Source of the DNA: Eledone cirrhosa
Taxonomy: Eukaryota
Direction of reading: 5' to 3'
Assembly: GCA_964016885.1 (NCBI GenBank)
Contig: OZ024744.1
Coordinates: 49,724,001-49,788,000, forward strand
DNA length: 64,000 nt
Shown: one piece after another, positions 1 through 13,133 of the stretch
Numbering within the stretch: position 1 is the stretch's first letter
Layout of the letters: each line of letters starts with the position of its first letter
Notes under the pieces: model-generated
Seen by the model: only the letters and a program-made list of their open reading frames with translations
Told to the model about the DNA's origin: nothing
The model's database searches: none
Made by a program: the position numbers and the translations under genes

Positions 1-2070
1 CTTCAGCAGCTTTCCTCTGGTGAACGTTGCTTTGGCGCATTTATCTAGTCCAAACTCCATTTTAATGTCATCACTGAACTGCTTCACAGTGGATAATAGC
101 CCTTGCAATTGTTCATCACTTTTTGCAAATAGTTTCAGGTCATCCATGTAGAACAGGTGATTAATGGTTTTGTCATAGACTTTATATCCATGTTTTGTTT
201 CATTGAGCATTTTACTTAATGGTATAAGTGCGATGCAGAATAAAAGCGGTGATAAAGAGTCACCCTGAAAAATTCCACAATTAATATTAACTTCTCCAGC
301 TTCCAGTGATTTTGTTTCACTATTCAAAAGGAGTGTCGTTTTCCATGTCTTCATACTGAATGACAAAAACCTCCTGACAGCGGGGGATACTTTGAAAATC
401 TCTAAACATTTTTCAATCCAACTGTGTGGCAAACTATCAAATGCTTTTTTATAATCTATCCAAGCAATCGATAGATTTTTGTGTCTATTATGACAATCTT
501 CCAGTATCATTTTGTTAACCAGAAGCTGATCCTTACAGCCATATGAGCCTCGTTTACACCCTTTCTGCTCAATGGGAAATAGGTCATTTGTTATCAGGTG
601 GTCATATGTGTATTCAGTTAGGACTGATGTTAAAATTTTATACATTGTGGTCAAGCAAGTTATCGGTCTGTAATTTTTGGGATTGTTTGTCTCATCATTC
701 TTCGGAAGCAGGAATGTAATGCCGTTAACTAGCCATGAAGGTATCTTTTCTGGCTCCTTAACTATTTCATTGTAAAGTTGGGCTAACAGCTCATGAGACT
801 CTGTGAAGGCATTTATCCAAAAGTTTTGTATTTTGTCTTTTCCTGGGGATTTCCATTTGCTGGTTTTTCTTAGAGCCAAGTGTAATTGTTCAACTGTTAT
901 ATTTTCCCATGTTTGTTCCTCAAGGTGAGCTGTATCTTTCATTTGTCTGTCTATCCATGGGGCATGTATGTTATGAACTTTTTCTTCGGCCCAGATCTTT
1001 TCCCAGAATTCTTGCACTTCCTCCTTGGGTGGTATTGATTTAGCAGTTATTGTTGACTTACTAATTTTTCTGTAGAAGTTTCTTTGGTTGTTTTTGAACA
1101 TATTATTGTCCTTATAGAATCTAGATCGTTTTTCAAAGCGCCTTATACGAGCAGCTTTGGCCGACACTTTTTGCTTGATTATTTCTATCAGCATGTCTAT
1201 GTCACATGTTGATTTTATACTGTACTTTTTTTTCAATTTTCATCATAATTTCATCCTTCAAGTTGGCAAGTTCGTTCTCATTCATTTCTTTATCATTTAC
1301 GATCTCATTATTTTCATTTGGAGTTTCATCCTGAGCATGCACTCCCTCCACTTTTTCGATCCTTTCTTTAATTTGTTCTGATGCCAGTGATTCCGCCCCA
1401 ACCCTGGGATTCGAAGTGTTACAGTTTACCTCGTTTTCACTGACACATGTTTCATTTTCCCTTCGCTGACTTTGTGCTAATAGCTTGATCTGATCAATTT
1501 CTATATCAGTTAGTAACTTTTTTCTTACAATATTTCTTCGTATATTGGCTAGTTTGTTACTGTCAATATAGCCTCTGTTTTCGGGATGTTTCTTTTTCCA
1601 GTTGATATATGTCTGTTCTGTATTCGATGTATTTGATGGGTAGTACATGGCAGTGTAGAAAGCCTCAAGGACTTCTTTATTATCTTCCCTTGACCATTTT
1701 TCTCTCTTTTTCTTTTGATTTCTTGGTGGTGAGCATGAAGGGCCAACAGTAGGAGTATTCCGGTTATGGGAGGTCTCCAGCTCCGAAGTGATGGGAAGGT
1801 TTGAACCATTAGCTGATTTTTCGACCCCAGTCTGGTTCCTCTCTGAGGGACGCGGCCCTTTTTTACCCGGGTGACGGCCGATCCGGTATGAGATTTTATC
1901 ATTAGACATTTACTTTATTTTGTCGCGTTTTATCCTTATCCGCCAAGGGGTAATCATTTCGTGTTACCACTTCTAGAACGAGTGTCAACCAAGACTAGAG
2001 GGGTCGTTCTCCCCTAGAGACACGGCTATTCCCCGCCGGCCGCAATCCCGGTATTTCTTGGTCACGGGGT
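1..2070 (-). mobile_element. R4/Dong-like RLE non-LTR retrotransposon, 5' part (second family); internally deleted/frameshifted near 1200 and runs off the window
   Basis: The minus strand reads RT motifs (NYRPITCL, GIFQGDSLSPL, HLFYMDDLKLF at ~130-165). The N-terminal ORF 1202-1909 (KWSREDNKEVLEAFY...KLANIRRNI) parallels the N-terminus of the 39144 ORF. Confidence 0.85.
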
Positions 2071-2409
2071 TTTCTTTTTGTTGTTTTTTTAAATTGTTAT
2101 TATCATGAGTGGTTCCTTAATGTGAGCATTGCGTGGCTTAAGAATGAAATTATTAATAACTGTCTCCACTTCAGGCACAAGGCCAGCAATCATCCAGTGC
2201 ATTACAATAATATAATATACTTTTTGTTGTAGTTGGCTGTTATTGTTGTTGGCTATGTCGGTGGTGGTGCCGGGGCTTTTTATATTGTTAGTGAGGAAGG
2301 GGTGAGCCAGCAGTCCCATAGTTGTTGATGTTGACGTTTGGCCGTGGCCAGGTCACTAAGTCAATCTATTTATATCTTTGCTAGCCTCTCCCTTGTCTAG
2401 TGATACCGC

Positions 2410-3054
2410 CACCTTCCCCTTTCTCTCTCAAGTTAACAGGGGAATAGTGGTGGTAGCATTGAAGGAGTGGTGGCGGCGGGGAGATGTGGGAGACAGTAGC
2501 GGCGGTATCGATACTGAGACAGTGGTGGTGGTGATGTCGATACCGAGGCAGTGGTGGTGGTGATGTGATCGTATTACTGTAGTGATGGTGTTGTAGCGGT
2601 GGTAGCAATGAAGGAGTGGTGGCGGCGGTGATGGGATAGTGGTGGTAATGATGGCAGTAGTGAGTGGTGGTGGTGAAATTGCCGTTATCTGGCTGTTGTG
2701 TTTAGTGTACACATAGAGGTGCTGGGGTAGGTGTTGTATCTAGTTTCTGGTGTTGGTGAGATTGGTGTTGTTTGGCTGTTCTATATAGTGTAGACAGAGG
2801 GGGGGGGGGGTCTTCTTCCATTTATAGCCATTTTCTTTTTTGAATATACAATGTACAATACAAAGTTGAATATTTGAATATTTGAGCCTTATAACAATAT
2901 ATTTTGGGTCCGAATTTTTTGGGGCTCAAGCCGGATGCTTTACGTAGCATTTGTACTAAGAGTTGTTATTTCACAAATGATTTAAATATGTTAAAAATTC
3001 AAAACTTACGGGAGCGATTTCATGACCTTCCGCCACCTCGTGCGTCTTCTTCCC

Positions 3055-3056
<2 letters not shown>
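2410..3056 (-). repeat. Dispersed ~650-bp non-coding module with a CAC-rich part; inverted copy of 38070-38630
   Basis: The reverse complement matches 38070-38630 (gggaagaagacgcacgaggtg...gtcatgaaatcgctcccgtaag...). Both copies start at a (TAA)n tract. Confidence 0.85.
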
Positions 3057-3124
<68 letters not shown>

Positions 3125-3127
<3 letters not shown>

Positions 3128-3797
3128 ATATATACATACATATATATATATATATATTAGAACTGGTGCTCTGAAATAGCGATATATACATGAATGTATA
3201 TATAGTGTATTTTGCAATACACTGTATGCTTAATTAAAAGCATTTCGAAGACCTTACGCTATTGTTTTAGAGTAGTGACAGTCTCACTTACTTTAATTTT
3301 CAGCAAACAGCAAACAAGTAAGTGAGACTGTCACTACTCTAAAACAATAGCGTAGGGTCTTCGAAATGCTTTTAATTAAGCATACAGTGTATTGCAAAAT
3401 ACACTATATATACATTCATATATATATCGCTATTTCAGAGCACCAATCTAATTTTCAATTTCTGCTTGACCGGCAACCGCTCTGTATAATCAGTTCCTGA
3501 TTATTACTAGAATTCTATAAGAATCAAACATTCATGATTTTCAGCAAACAGGAGGAGTAGTTAGCTTTGATAAGCACCAAAAAGTGCGAAACAGAGTTCT
3601 GTCAGCTTTATCTCCCCTGTTTGCTGAAAATTAAAGTAAGTGAGACTGTCACTACTCTAAAACAATAGCGTAAGGTCTTCGAAATGCTTTGAATTAAGCA
3701 TACAGTGTATTGCAAAATACACTATATATACATCTTTATATATATCGCTATTTTAGAGCTCCAATTCTAATATATATATATGTATATATGTATATAT

Positions 3798-3800
<3 letters not shown>
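3125..3800. mobile_element. PLE-type pseudo-LTR (family A) with inverted and direct partial duplications
   Basis: 3125-3310 is the reverse complement of 3617-3800, and 3311-3445 is a direct partial copy. It contains an HHR and has a homolog at 13043-13300. Confidence 0.65.
3553..3615 (+). ncRNA. Type I hammerhead ribozyme, U3:A8 core variant
   Basis: agct-TTGATAA-gcac(caaaaa)gtgc-GAAA-cag(agtt)ctg-TC-agct, with outer ggag/ctcc pairing. Confidence 0.75.
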
Positions 3801-3893
<93 letters not shown>

Positions 3894-3894
<1 letters not shown>

Positions 3895-5644
3895 GGGTGG
3901 CAGACAACATCAGACAGTTGCTGGGCAGGAGTATGGGGTCCTGGGAGACAGAGTTGACATCAACTGGAGTATCCTTGGGAAGCGTGAAGATCAAGAGAGG
4001 TATCTTCCAGGGAGATAGCCTGTCCCCTCTGTTGTTTGTCCTTGCCCTGATGCCCTTGACCATTATGCTGCGAAAAGTGAGAGCAGGATACAAGTTGGGA
4101 AGGGGAGAGCTTACCATCAATCACCTCCTCTTCATGGACGATCTTAAGCTCTTCGGGAAAAGTGAGAAGGAGTTGGATGTGCTTGTTGACACTGTCCGTA
4201 TTTTCAGCAGTGATATATGTATGCAGTTTGGTATTGGTAAATGTGGAGTCATTGTGATGAAGAGGGGTAGGTTGAGCAGAAGTAACGGGATCCAGATACC
4301 AACAGGTGAGATGATAAAGGAAATTGACTCTGAGGAAGGATACAAGTATTTGGGCGTTCTGGAGGCTGATGGCATAAAGAACAAAAAAATGAAGGAATTG
4401 TTAAGAACTGAATATATTCGGAGAGTAAGGAGCGTATTGAAGTCACATCTGAACAGCAGAAATGCCATAAGCGCAGTAAATTCCCGAGCTGTGTCTATTA
4501 TTAGGTACAGTGCGGGAATTCTGAGATGGAATGTTGCTGAACAAAAAGAAATGGATAGGAAGACTAGGAAGCTATTGACTATCTACAACATGTTCCACAA
4601 GAGGAGTGATGTCGATAGACTCTACCTAAGGAGGTCTGAGGGTGGAAGAGGTCTTGTCAGCATAGAGGACTGTGTTCAGATGGAGAAAAACAACCTATAC
4701 AAATACGTGACCTATAGTAAGGAGCCAATGCTCAGAACTGTACTGAAGGAGGGGACAGTAGGCCAGGGGATGTCCAAGGAGGAAATAACATCAAGGAGGA
4801 AGAGCAGCCTTAAGGGAAAATCCCTTCATAGTACCTTCTTTGAGAAAACTGAATTTAGAGATCCACAGACATGGAACTGGTTGAGAAGAGGAGACCTCAA
4901 AAAGGCTACAGAAGGAATGTTAATGGCTGCGCAGGAGCAGGCCCTCAAAACGAAGTGGTTGAAGCACCATATTTACAAGGAGGAGGCTAGCCCACTGTGC
5001 AGGATCTGTGGAGAGAGAGAGGAGACTGTGGCTCACATTGTGTCCGAGTGTAAACACCTAGCCCAGACCCACTATAAGGGCTGGAGACACAATGTGATGG
5101 GCAGGGTGATCCACTGGCACCTGTGCAAAGTAAACAATTTACCACATTCTGAGAAATGGTATGAGCATAGGCCAGAGGCGGTGATGGAGAACAATCAGGT
5201 GAAGGTGCTGTGGGATTTTAGGATACAGACGGACAAAAAACTGGAACACAATAGACCTGACCTGGTAGTTTTGGACAAGGAAAAAAGATCGTGCCTGATT
5301 GTGGATGTGGCCTGCCCATTCGACACGAGAGTGCAAGAGAAGGAGAGGGAGAAAATTAACCGATACCAGGACCTAAAGTGGGAGGTGTAAAGGATTTGGA
5401 ACTGCCATGAAGTCAAAGTGATCCCGATTGTCATAGGCGCACTGGGGACTATCTCCAAAAGTTTCCAGGGATGGTTAAAGAAAATCGGCCCCTTCACGCT
5501 TTTTGGAACGCTTCAAAAGGCATGCTTGCTTGGAACAGCAAGAACCCTCCGATACGTCCTGAATATCTGAGGCTGCAGGTAGTGGCTTGATATTCAATCC
5601 AACGGACTTTCCAGTTAACCAACATCAATGACTGAGATTCAAGG
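3894..5644 (+). mobile_element. 5'-truncated R4/Dong-like RLE LINE in (TAA)n
   Basis: RT (GIFQGDSLSP, HLLFMDD), CCHC knuckle (CRIC...H...C) and RLE (RPD...D). Premature stop at 5388-5390. Near-identical to 40860-42610 and flanked by TAA repeats. Confidence 0.92.
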
Positions 5645-5671
5645 AATAATAATAATAATAATAATAATAAT

Positions 5672-7273
5672 GATTTCTTTATTGGCCACAAGGGCTGACA
5701 TCAAGAAAATCATTACAGACGGCACAGGACGGAACAGGAGGGAACAGGACGGTATGATGTGGGTTTTGTGCGTGTAAAGATTTTTATCATTTATATAAGA
5801 AAAGAAGAAAAAAAAAGACATAGAAACATATATATATATAAACAATAAAAATGAAAATTGAAACAACGAAAAATTCCCCAATAGGGGGGAAACCTCCGAG
5901 GGTTACACGTGGCGAAAACCACACAAAAGACCACGGCCACCCTCACCACCAGGGCAAGCGCCCTCTCCCAATTTTTCCACTTTCAAACTACAGGCGTATA
6001 TTCAGAGCGGTCCCGTTCACTCGGACCATTCTCGCTACATTCACCCACCTTTCAACAAACTTGCTAGAAGGCAGCACTTGCCTCTCCACCCTGATTTTCC
6101 TCTTCAAGTGAAACTTGAAAAAGTTAATTAGGGATTCGCCGAAGAGGAAAGTGTCAGTCTTTAACCCTTTCAACCTTGTCCACCTCACAATCTCTTTCGC
6201 CATTGCCACCAGGCAGATGAAAACCGCCTGCCCTTCCTCCTCGAAGGAAGACGGCGAGACCATCTGCACAATGGACTCAGTCGATAACCGGATAGGTCCT
6301 ACACGTGACAGCAACTGTTTGACATAGCTCCACAAGTCAGCAATGCTCGGGCACTGAACGAGTGCGTGCACGACGGTTTCGTCGCTCTGCGCACATCTCG
6401 GACAGGTTCGGATGGCGACACTTCCGTGCCTGAAGAGCTTATCTCGAACCGGCAACGCTCCCCGGTAGCACTGCCAGGTCAGGGATTTTTGGAAGTTATC
6501 CATAGGCCCTGGGCTGAAAGTTCTCTGGACGAGAGCAAACAGATGATCTTCTTCGACGCCCAGGATCTCTCCGAGAACATCGTCGCTCTTCCCCTCCACT
6601 AGTCCTCTATAGAACGCCGAGGTGGATGTTCCACCGATACTGGTGTCCAGCTGGCAGAGGGCAGTGAGCGCCTGGAGACATTCCAGTTTCCAAGCGCTAT
6701 CCCTCGGTCTTTTCCTGACCCAGGACTGCAACTCCGCCAAGGAGACGAGCTGTGGGAAAACGTGCCTGGCGAACGGCAACCACACTTGTTCACCATCAAG
6801 GAAGCACCAGATATGTCGCAGCCTCAGCACATGTTTGCGCATCATCAGCCATGGCATGCCCAGTTCTCCACACAACGGGTGTTGACAGCAGATGGATCGT
6901 CTGACCATGGGAGCGCGTCCCTTCCACAAAAAGCGGAAGAGAAGGCGCTCCATTTTGATGAGAGTTGGGCCGGGGCAAGGGACGACGGTGAGGCGGTAGT
7001 AGATGACGGATGCGATGTACGCATTCGCCACCTCCGCCCGGCCTTTCAAGGACAGCTTCCTCACGGCCCATTTCTGGGTGAAGGAGGCCAACTTGCTCGT
7101 CACCTCGTTCCAGTTTTTCTCCATCTGTAGGTCCGGTCCGAACCAGGCCCTGTGAGCAATTTAACCGGTCCGTCCGTCCAACGCCCCACGACGCTGTCTG
7201 ACGGCATGGAGTTGCCTCTCCAGGTGCCGAGCTGCAAGCCCACCGACATTTCTTGGTTTATCTGTGCTCCTGT
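5672..7273 (-). mobile_element. L1/Tx1-like LINE 3' fragment interrupted by the LTR element (continues ~13024-13043)
   Basis: ORF 5988-7124 has the L1/Tx1 C-terminal region (LSLKGRAEV, CPRC...ETVVHALVQC). AATAAA lies at the 3' end. The reading YEAVT|GAQINQE joins across the LTR insertion. Confidence 0.8.
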
Positions 7274-7675
7274 TGTAGCAGTGAATGAAATGTATTTTCC
7301 TTCTGCGGCGGAATGGTGTTACGGAGGTAAGTTGGCTGAAGTGTGAGCCAATCGAAACCTTCGGTGCACTAATTGGACTGTCCAGAACTACGTCACCAGG
7401 TGAGCGGAGGTGACCAAGAGAGACATTAGTCTACACGCACCTCTCTTATCGACAAGACCAGGCTACACTCCTCGCTGCTAACAACATCTCCATCTTGCAA
7501 TGAAGCGGACCAAACTACATCCTACACATGTAGATACTACCTGTACCTAATGTATCCGTTCAACCTGTACAACTAATAAATAGAGTTACAACATCGATAA
7601 TGGATTTAGTCAATGTTCTAAATGCCTTCTGATCTCTATTATGTATATTAAGAATTGACCCTAAAACCCGTTATA
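7274..7675 (+). repeat. 5' LTR (TG...TA)
   Basis: Direct repeat of 12622-13023; I could see only one mismatch (ggtgttac vs ggtattac). Confidence 0.95.
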
Positions 7676-7677
7676 AA

Positions 7678-7695
7678 TGGTGACCCCGACGTGAT
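7678..7695 (+). promoter_or_regulatory. Primer binding site complementary to the tRNA-Trp 3' end
   Basis: TGGTGACCCCGACGTGAT lies two nt after the LTR and is the same 18-mer used by tRNA-Trp-primed elements. Confidence 0.9.
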
Positions 7696-8006
7696 ACGAT
7701 ACAACAAATCACGTTATAAATGGTGACCCGAACGTTTAAGGACATCAACACAGAAGAAACCACATCTTTCCGTTGCAACGAACACATCAACATTTCGCAT
7801 TCGCCCCCCCCCCCCCCCAAAAAAAACAAAGCCACTCGCCTTTTCTTGGGGTATGTACGCGATTAGCTTGAGTCCTAATATGTATTTGATATATTGTCTT
7901 ATTGTTACTAAATCTGCACATCACACCTTCACTTTCTAACATCACCGAACACATGCGTTAATACAAAAATCTTATTTTTTCCTCTCAATTTCTGATTGGG
8001 CGACGC

Positions 8007-8042
<36 letters not shown>

Positions 8043-8353
8043 GTTGGCGCCGATAGCCAGTCAGAGCAAGATGGCCGACTTCCGTCTTCTTCAGCTGTTT
8101 TCCCGCCAAAATGACGGAGGCAACGCCATTTTGAAAAGTAACCAAAAAAAAAAAAAAAATAATAGGACAAAGATAAATCATAATTTTTTTTAAAGCTTGA
8201 CGTTTTTCCCTCCAACATTGTTTTTGATATATTTTTCTTTTTCTGTCCTTCACTCGGATTATATTTTTTCTTGGCCTGAATTTTCACTTTTGTCTCGGTG
8301 ACAAGTGCAGAGTTGTCCTTTCTTTGCCCTTTGCTTTTACATCAGTATACACA

Positions 8354-9262
8354 ATGGGTAGCACTTCATTGCCACCGTTTACCGGTGACGTCACTGTCTG
8401 GTTCGCCCAGATAGAAGCACATTTCACAGCGAATAACATCACCAGTGACCACAGACAGTTAAATCTCCTGTTAAGCGCTTTTCCAGCGTCATTGACGTCG
8501 GTCGTCAAAGACTTAATTACCGATCCTCGCCCTGAGGCCACCTATGAGAGCGTGAAGCTCGAAGTGTTGCGGCGGACCACATTGTCCGCAGAAAAAAAAT
8601 TTCAGACGCTCGTCAATGACGAACATTTGGGTGATCGGACGCCCACACAACTACTGCGTCGGATGAGAGAGCTGGCGGAAGATGCCCCAGCTGACAGTGC
8701 CCTCCTTAGACAGCTTTTTGTCTCAAGGCTACCCCCCGGAGTTCAGGCGATCTTAGCGCCCATGATGGAGGCTGCTCCTGTCGACCAGCTAGCGGCTTCG
8801 GCCGACAGGGTTATGAGTGTCATCGGACACCCAGCCTCATTTGCCCCCTTCCAGGCACCTCAGCCACCGGCTGCGGTCAATCCGTTCTCTCCTGCCTCCT
8901 TCCAGGCACCCCAGCCACCGGCTGCGGTCAATCCGTTCGCTCCTGTCTCCTTCAATGCATCCCAGCCGCCGACTGCGGTCGCTTCCTTCACTCCAGCGGC
9001 TGCCAGTTATACCGACCAGTCACTTGCAAATGCAGCGATGCTGCAAGCAATAGAGCAGCTAACCAAGGAAGTGAGAAAACTAAGCACCCACAGGGCTCAT
9101 TCGCCCAGACGCCGTTTCCAGAGCCGTTCACCCTCGCCACGACGCCGTCACACAGGCAGTTCAGGTTTGTGTTACTACCACAGCCGTTTTGGCGCAGCAG
9201 CACGCTCCTGTAAACAGCCTTGTACATTTTCGGACCAGGGAAACAGATTTCAGGAGACCTGA
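8354..9262 (+). CDS. gag: Gag (CHCC knuckle, Pro/Ala-rich 48-bp repeats)
   Basis: Open frame from ATG 8354 with LPPF...[23 protein letters not shown] and [18 protein letters not shown]. Confidence 0.9.
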   Translation: MGSTSLPPFTGDVTVWFAQIEAHFTANNITSDHRQLNLLLSAFPASLTSVVKDLITDPRPEATYESVKLEVLRRTTLSAEKKFQTLVNDEHLGDRTPTQLLRRMRELAEDAPADSALLRQLFVSRLPPGVQAILAPMMEAAPVDQLAASADRVMSVIGHPASFAPFQAPQPPAAVNPFSPASFQAPQPPAAVNPFAPVSFNASQPPTAVASFTPAAASYTDQSLANAAMLQAIEQLTKEVRKLSTHRAHSPRRRFQSRSPSPRRRHTGSSGLCYYHSRFGAAARSCKQPCTFSDQGNRFQET

Positions 9263-12200
9263 GCACGGCACAGTCTCCTCTGACCCTCCCTAATAACCGT
9301 GTGTTTTTCATCACAGACACTGAGTCGCAAGCACGTTGTCTGATCGACACCGGTGCGGCTTGTAGCATTTGGCCGCTAAAACTTCTCAAAGAGAAGCCCC
9401 AACTCTCAACCGTCTCTCTGCAATCAGTAAACCAGTCACCGATCCCCACGTACGGTCAGATTTCTCGTTCTTTGAACCTGGAATTGCGTAGAGATTTCAC
9501 GTGGATCTTCACTGTTGCTGATCTGCCTTACCCCATCCTAGGCTCAGATTTCCTGCACCACTATAACTTGATAGTGGATATGCGCAGACGCCGGTTGTTG
9601 GATGCCAACACAGAACTGTCTGTGCCGGGTACCAGATCGACTGTCTCGTCGGTCAGCCCGGTCTTCTTTATCGCTGCTACAGAAGATCCTTACCAATCAC
9701 TTTTGCATTCCTTCCCGGAATTAACAAATTTGAATTTTGTGATGAGTGAGCCTACTCACTCCACCAAGCACCACATTGAAACATCCGGCGCTCCTGTGTT
9801 TTCGCGCCCTCGCCGTCTCTCTGCTGAGAAACTGAAGGCCGCAAGGGCTGAATTCAATCACATGCTGCAGCTCGGGATCATTCGCCCATCCTCAAGCCCG
9901 TGGGCCGCACCCTTGCATTTGGTACCAAAGCGTTCCGGTGATTGGCGTCCCACTGGGGACTTTCGCCGGTTAAATGCAATGACGGTACCCGACCGCTACC
10001 CGATACCACACATACAGGATTTTGCATCTTCGCTGCATGGATGCAACATATTCTCCAAATTGGATTTGGTCAAAGCATACCACCAAATCCCGGTGAACCC
10101 GGCAGACATACCTAAAACTGCAGTAACAACTCCATTTGGAGCGTTTGAATTTTTGACCATGCCTTTCGGTTTGCGAAACGCAGCCAGCACGTTCCAACGA
10201 TTTATGGATGAGGTTGTGCGCGATTTAGACTTCGTGTACAACTACATCGACGACATTCTTGTGGCAAGTGCCTCACCTGAGGAACATGTCAATCACCTCC
10301 GTCTCCTGTTCGAGAGATTTCAAAAATACCAAGTGAGAATTAATCCGGCAAAATGTGTTTTCGGTGCTTCCTCACTTGTCTTCTTGGGCCATGTCATCAG
10401 CCCAGAAGGAATTTCGCCACTACCTGATAAAGTGAAAGCGGTACAAGACCTCCAACCACCCACTTCACTTCGTCAACTACGACATTTCCTTGGGCTACTG
10501 AACTATTACAGGCGCTTTATCCCACACTGTGCGGATCTCCTGTCTCCTCTGTCCGACCTGTTACGTAACAGGAAAAAGAAGAACGATTCCATTTCATTGG
10601 ACACGAATCAGCTAAAAGCCTTCGACGAAGTGAAGCGGAAGCTTGCGGAGACATCACTGCTTGCACATCCTGTGTCTGGTGCCCAGTTTTCACTGGTTGT
10701 TGATGCATCAGGCACAGCTGTAGGTGCAGTACTGCAACAACATCACCAACAACAGTTACAACCTCTTGCCTACTTTTCTAAACAGCTGAAGCCTGCAGAA
10801 ACACGGTATAGCACATTCGGCCGTGAACTCTTGGCTATGTACCTTGCAGTGAAACACTTTCGGCATTCACTGGAGGGTCGCCAATTTGTTATATACACTG
10901 ACCACCGTCCGCTTACGTTCGCACTGCGTTCTAAGCCGGACAAATATTCACCTCGCGAAACTCGCCACTTGGACTTCGTTTCGCAATTTACCAGCGATAT
11001 CCGACACATCTCTGGTGAGCAGAATGCGGCGGCAGATGCACTGTCTCGCCTCCCAATTAATTCCCTGTCATCGCCAGCGGAAATCGACCTCCAACGAATG
11101 GCCACAGAACAACCACCTCTGGATACTTTGGACCTCTCGTCTTCTGAATTTGCAACTGGCAAATTTGCATATCTGCCTGTGCCCACTTCGGACACACAGA
11201 TTATCTGCGACACCTCGACAGATGCACCTCGCCCTCTAGTGCCAGTGACTCATCGTCGAGCAGTTTTCGACACCTTGCACGGTCTGGCACACCCTGGAAT
11301 ATCGACCACAGTGAAGCTCATTTCGGCTAGATTCTTCTGGCCTAATATGAGGCGTGACATCACTGCCTGGACACGTTCCTGCCTATCCTGCCAAAAGTCA
11401 AAGGTGCACAAACACATCCGCGCACCCCTTGGAACTTTCAGCACTCCAGACGCTAGGTTCAGCCATGTCCATATAGATCTTGTCGGACCATGGCCGGTCA
11501 GCCGAGGATTTACATACCTCCTGACCTGCATAGATCGCTTCACACGTTGGCCTGAAGCCATTCCTTTAAGTGACATTTCGGCGGAATCTGTAGCGCGAGC
11601 CCTAGTATCAGGTTGGATATCGCGTTACGGAGTTCCAGCCACTATCACCACTGACCGCGGTGGACAATTTGAGTCACACCTTTTCCGAGAGCTTTCAAGG
11701 ATCCTGGGAATGCAACGCATTCGAACGACCAGCTACCATCCAGCTTCTAACGGAATGATTGAACGCTTCCACCGCCAATTGAAAGCCGCACTGCGCGCTT
11801 ATCCGGATCAGCAGCGGTGGAGCGAATATGTACCAATTGTCCTCCTGGGCTGTCGTGCAGCCATCAAGGAAGATCTAGGCTACTCCCCCGCCGAGTTGGT
11901 TTACGGAGTGCCTATATCTCTGCCTGGTCAGATGTTAGCTCCATTGGACCTACCAGCAACAGACCCAGCTCTGTATGTGAGCAGACTGCAATCATATTTC
12001 AGCAATCTTCCGCCTATGCACCCTCGCCAACAGACAATCAAATCTTCGGTCCCGAAAGACATTGCTTCATGGACCCACGTCTTTTTACGAAAGGACGCCG
12101 TGAGAGCTCCTCTCATGCCACCTTATACCGGTCCCTATCGCGTGCTTGAGCGCACAGATAAGCTATTCACCCTAGACATTGGGGGTAAAAAAGAGACTGT

Positions 12201-12399
12201 GTCCATTGACAGGGTAAAACGGGCCTATACAGACACTCTCACACAAGAGCCCCATTTTCCCCCCACATACACCTGGCATCAGCCAAGCCACAATACACAT
12301 ATAACATCGCACACACCTACACCTACATATGTCACCACCACACGTAGCGGTCGGCGGGTACATTGGCCCAAGAAGCTTTGCAAGACTCTTTATATATGA
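9220..12399 (+). CDS. pol: Pol polyprotein (protease-RT-RNase H-integrase), -1 frame relative to gag
   Basis: LIDTGA, YIDD, VDAS/ELLA/TDH, HHCC zinc finger, D-D35-E core and GPY motif; no internal stops. Confidence 0.95.
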   Translation: MYIFGPGKQISGDLSTAQSPLTLPNNRVFFITDTESQARCLIDTGAACSIWPLKLLKEKPQLSTVSLQSVNQSPIPTYGQISRSLNLELRRDFTWIFTVADLPYPILGSDFLHHYNLIVDMRRRRLLDANTELSVPGTRSTVSSVSPVFFIAATEDPYQSLLHSFPELTNLNFVMSEPTHSTKHHIETSGAPVFSRPRRLSAEKLKAARAEFNHMLQLGIIRPSSSPWAAPLHLVPKRSGDWRPTGDFRRLNAMTVPDRYPIPHIQDFASSLHGCNIFSKLDLVKAYHQIPVNPADIPKTAVTTPFGAFEFLTMPFGLRNAASTFQRFMDEVVRDLDFVYNYIDDILVASASPEEHVNHLRLLFERFQKYQVRINPAKCVFGASSLVFLGHVISPEGISPLPDKVKAVQDLQPPTSLRQLRHFLGLLNYYRRFIPHCADLLSPLSDLLRNRKKKNDSISLDTNQLKAFDEVKRKLAETSLLAHPVSGAQFSLVVDASGTAVGAVLQQHHQQQLQPLAYFSKQLKPAETRYSTFGRELLAMYLAVKHFRHSLEGRQFVIYTDHRPLTFALRSKPDKYSPRETRHLDFVSQFTSDIRHISGEQNAAADALSRLPINSLSSPAEIDLQRMATEQPPLDTLDLSSSEFATGKFAYLPVPTSDTQIICDTSTDAPRPLVPVTHRRAVFDTLHGLAHPGISTTVKLISARFFWPNMRRDITAWTRSCLSCQKSKVHKHIRAPLGTFSTPDARFSHVHIDLVGPWPVSRGFTYLLTCIDRFTRWPEAIPLSDISAESVARALVSGWISRYGVPATITTDRGGQFESHLFRELSRILGMQRIRTTSYHPASNGMIERFHRQLKAALRAYPDQQRWSEYVPIVLLGCRAAIKEDLGYSPAELVYGVPISLPGQMLAPLDLPATDPALYVSRLQSYFSNLPPMHPRQQTIKSSVPKDIASWTHVFLRKDAVRAPLMPPYTGPYRVLERTDKLFTLDIGGKKETVSIDRVKRAYTDTLTQEPHFPPTYTWHQPSHNTHITSHTPTPTYVTTTRSGRRVHWPKKLCKTLYI
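9238..9244 (+). promoter_or_regulatory. Candidate -1 ribosomal frameshift site G GGA AAC
   Basis: X XXY YYZ heptamer in the gag frame, within the gag/pol overlap. Confidence 0.75.
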
Positions 12400-12621
12400 A
12401 CTATGTTATTTACAGCAATCTTCTTGGAGTTTGCTCCGCCCTTGTATTTGTATTAAATGTATGAACTAAGGTGAACATTACACTATTTCTGACTTTCCTG
12501 TAATATGAACATTTCTTTATCAGTGATATATTTTATTGTGTTTACTATTATATAGTACTTTTTCTTTCATTCAACTGCTACCCTTATTTCTCTGTCGGCT
12601 GTAAGCCTAAGCAGGGGGTGA

Positions 12622-13023
12622 TGTAGCAGTGAATGAAATGTATTTTCCTTCTGCGGCGGAATGGTATTACGGAGGTAAGTTGGCTGAAGTGTGAGCCAAT
12701 CGAAACCTTCGGTGCACTAATTGGACTGTCCAGAACTACGTCACCAGGTGAGCGGAGGTGACCAAGAGAGACATTAGTCTACACGCACCTCTCTTATCGA
12801 CAAGACCAGGCTACACTCCTCGCTGCTAACAACATCTCCATCTTGCAATGAAGCGGACCAAACTACATCCTACACATGTAGATACTACCTGTACCTAATG
12901 TATCCGTTCAACCTGTACAACTAATAAATAGAGTTACAACATCGATAATGGATTTAGTCAATGTTCTAAATGCCTTCTGATCTCTATTATGTATATTAAG
13001 AATTGACCCTAAAACCCGTTATA
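12622..13023 (+). repeat. 3' LTR preceded by the polypurine tract (agcagggggtga)
   Basis: Direct repeat of 7274-7675. Confidence 0.95.
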
Positions 13024-13133
13024 CTGTCACCGCTTCGTATTGCTGGATCGGCAATCGCTCTGTATAATCAGTTCCTGATTATGACTGGAATTCTATAAGA
13101 ATCAACATTCATAATTTTCGGCAGAGGTCGGCG

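Larger units (their letters stand above)
7274..13023 (+). mobile_element. Full-length Ty3/Gypsy LTR retrotransposon, CsRn1-like clade
   Basis: 402-bp LTRs, 4-bp TSD CTGT (7270-7273 / 13024-13027), tRNA-Trp PBS, PPT, CHCC-type gag knuckle, and pol order PR-RT-RH-IN. Confidence 0.95.

Noticed and set aside
1915-2070. HDV-like ribozyme in the 5' UTR of the minus-strand R4-like element (GGCCGGC start)
   Set aside because: Hairpins are present, but I could not assign P2/P3/P1.1 or the catalytic C segment.
3780-3893. N-terminal poly-Ile extension of the 536-aa ORF
   Set aside because: Read-through of the (TAA)n target upstream of a 5'-truncated LINE.
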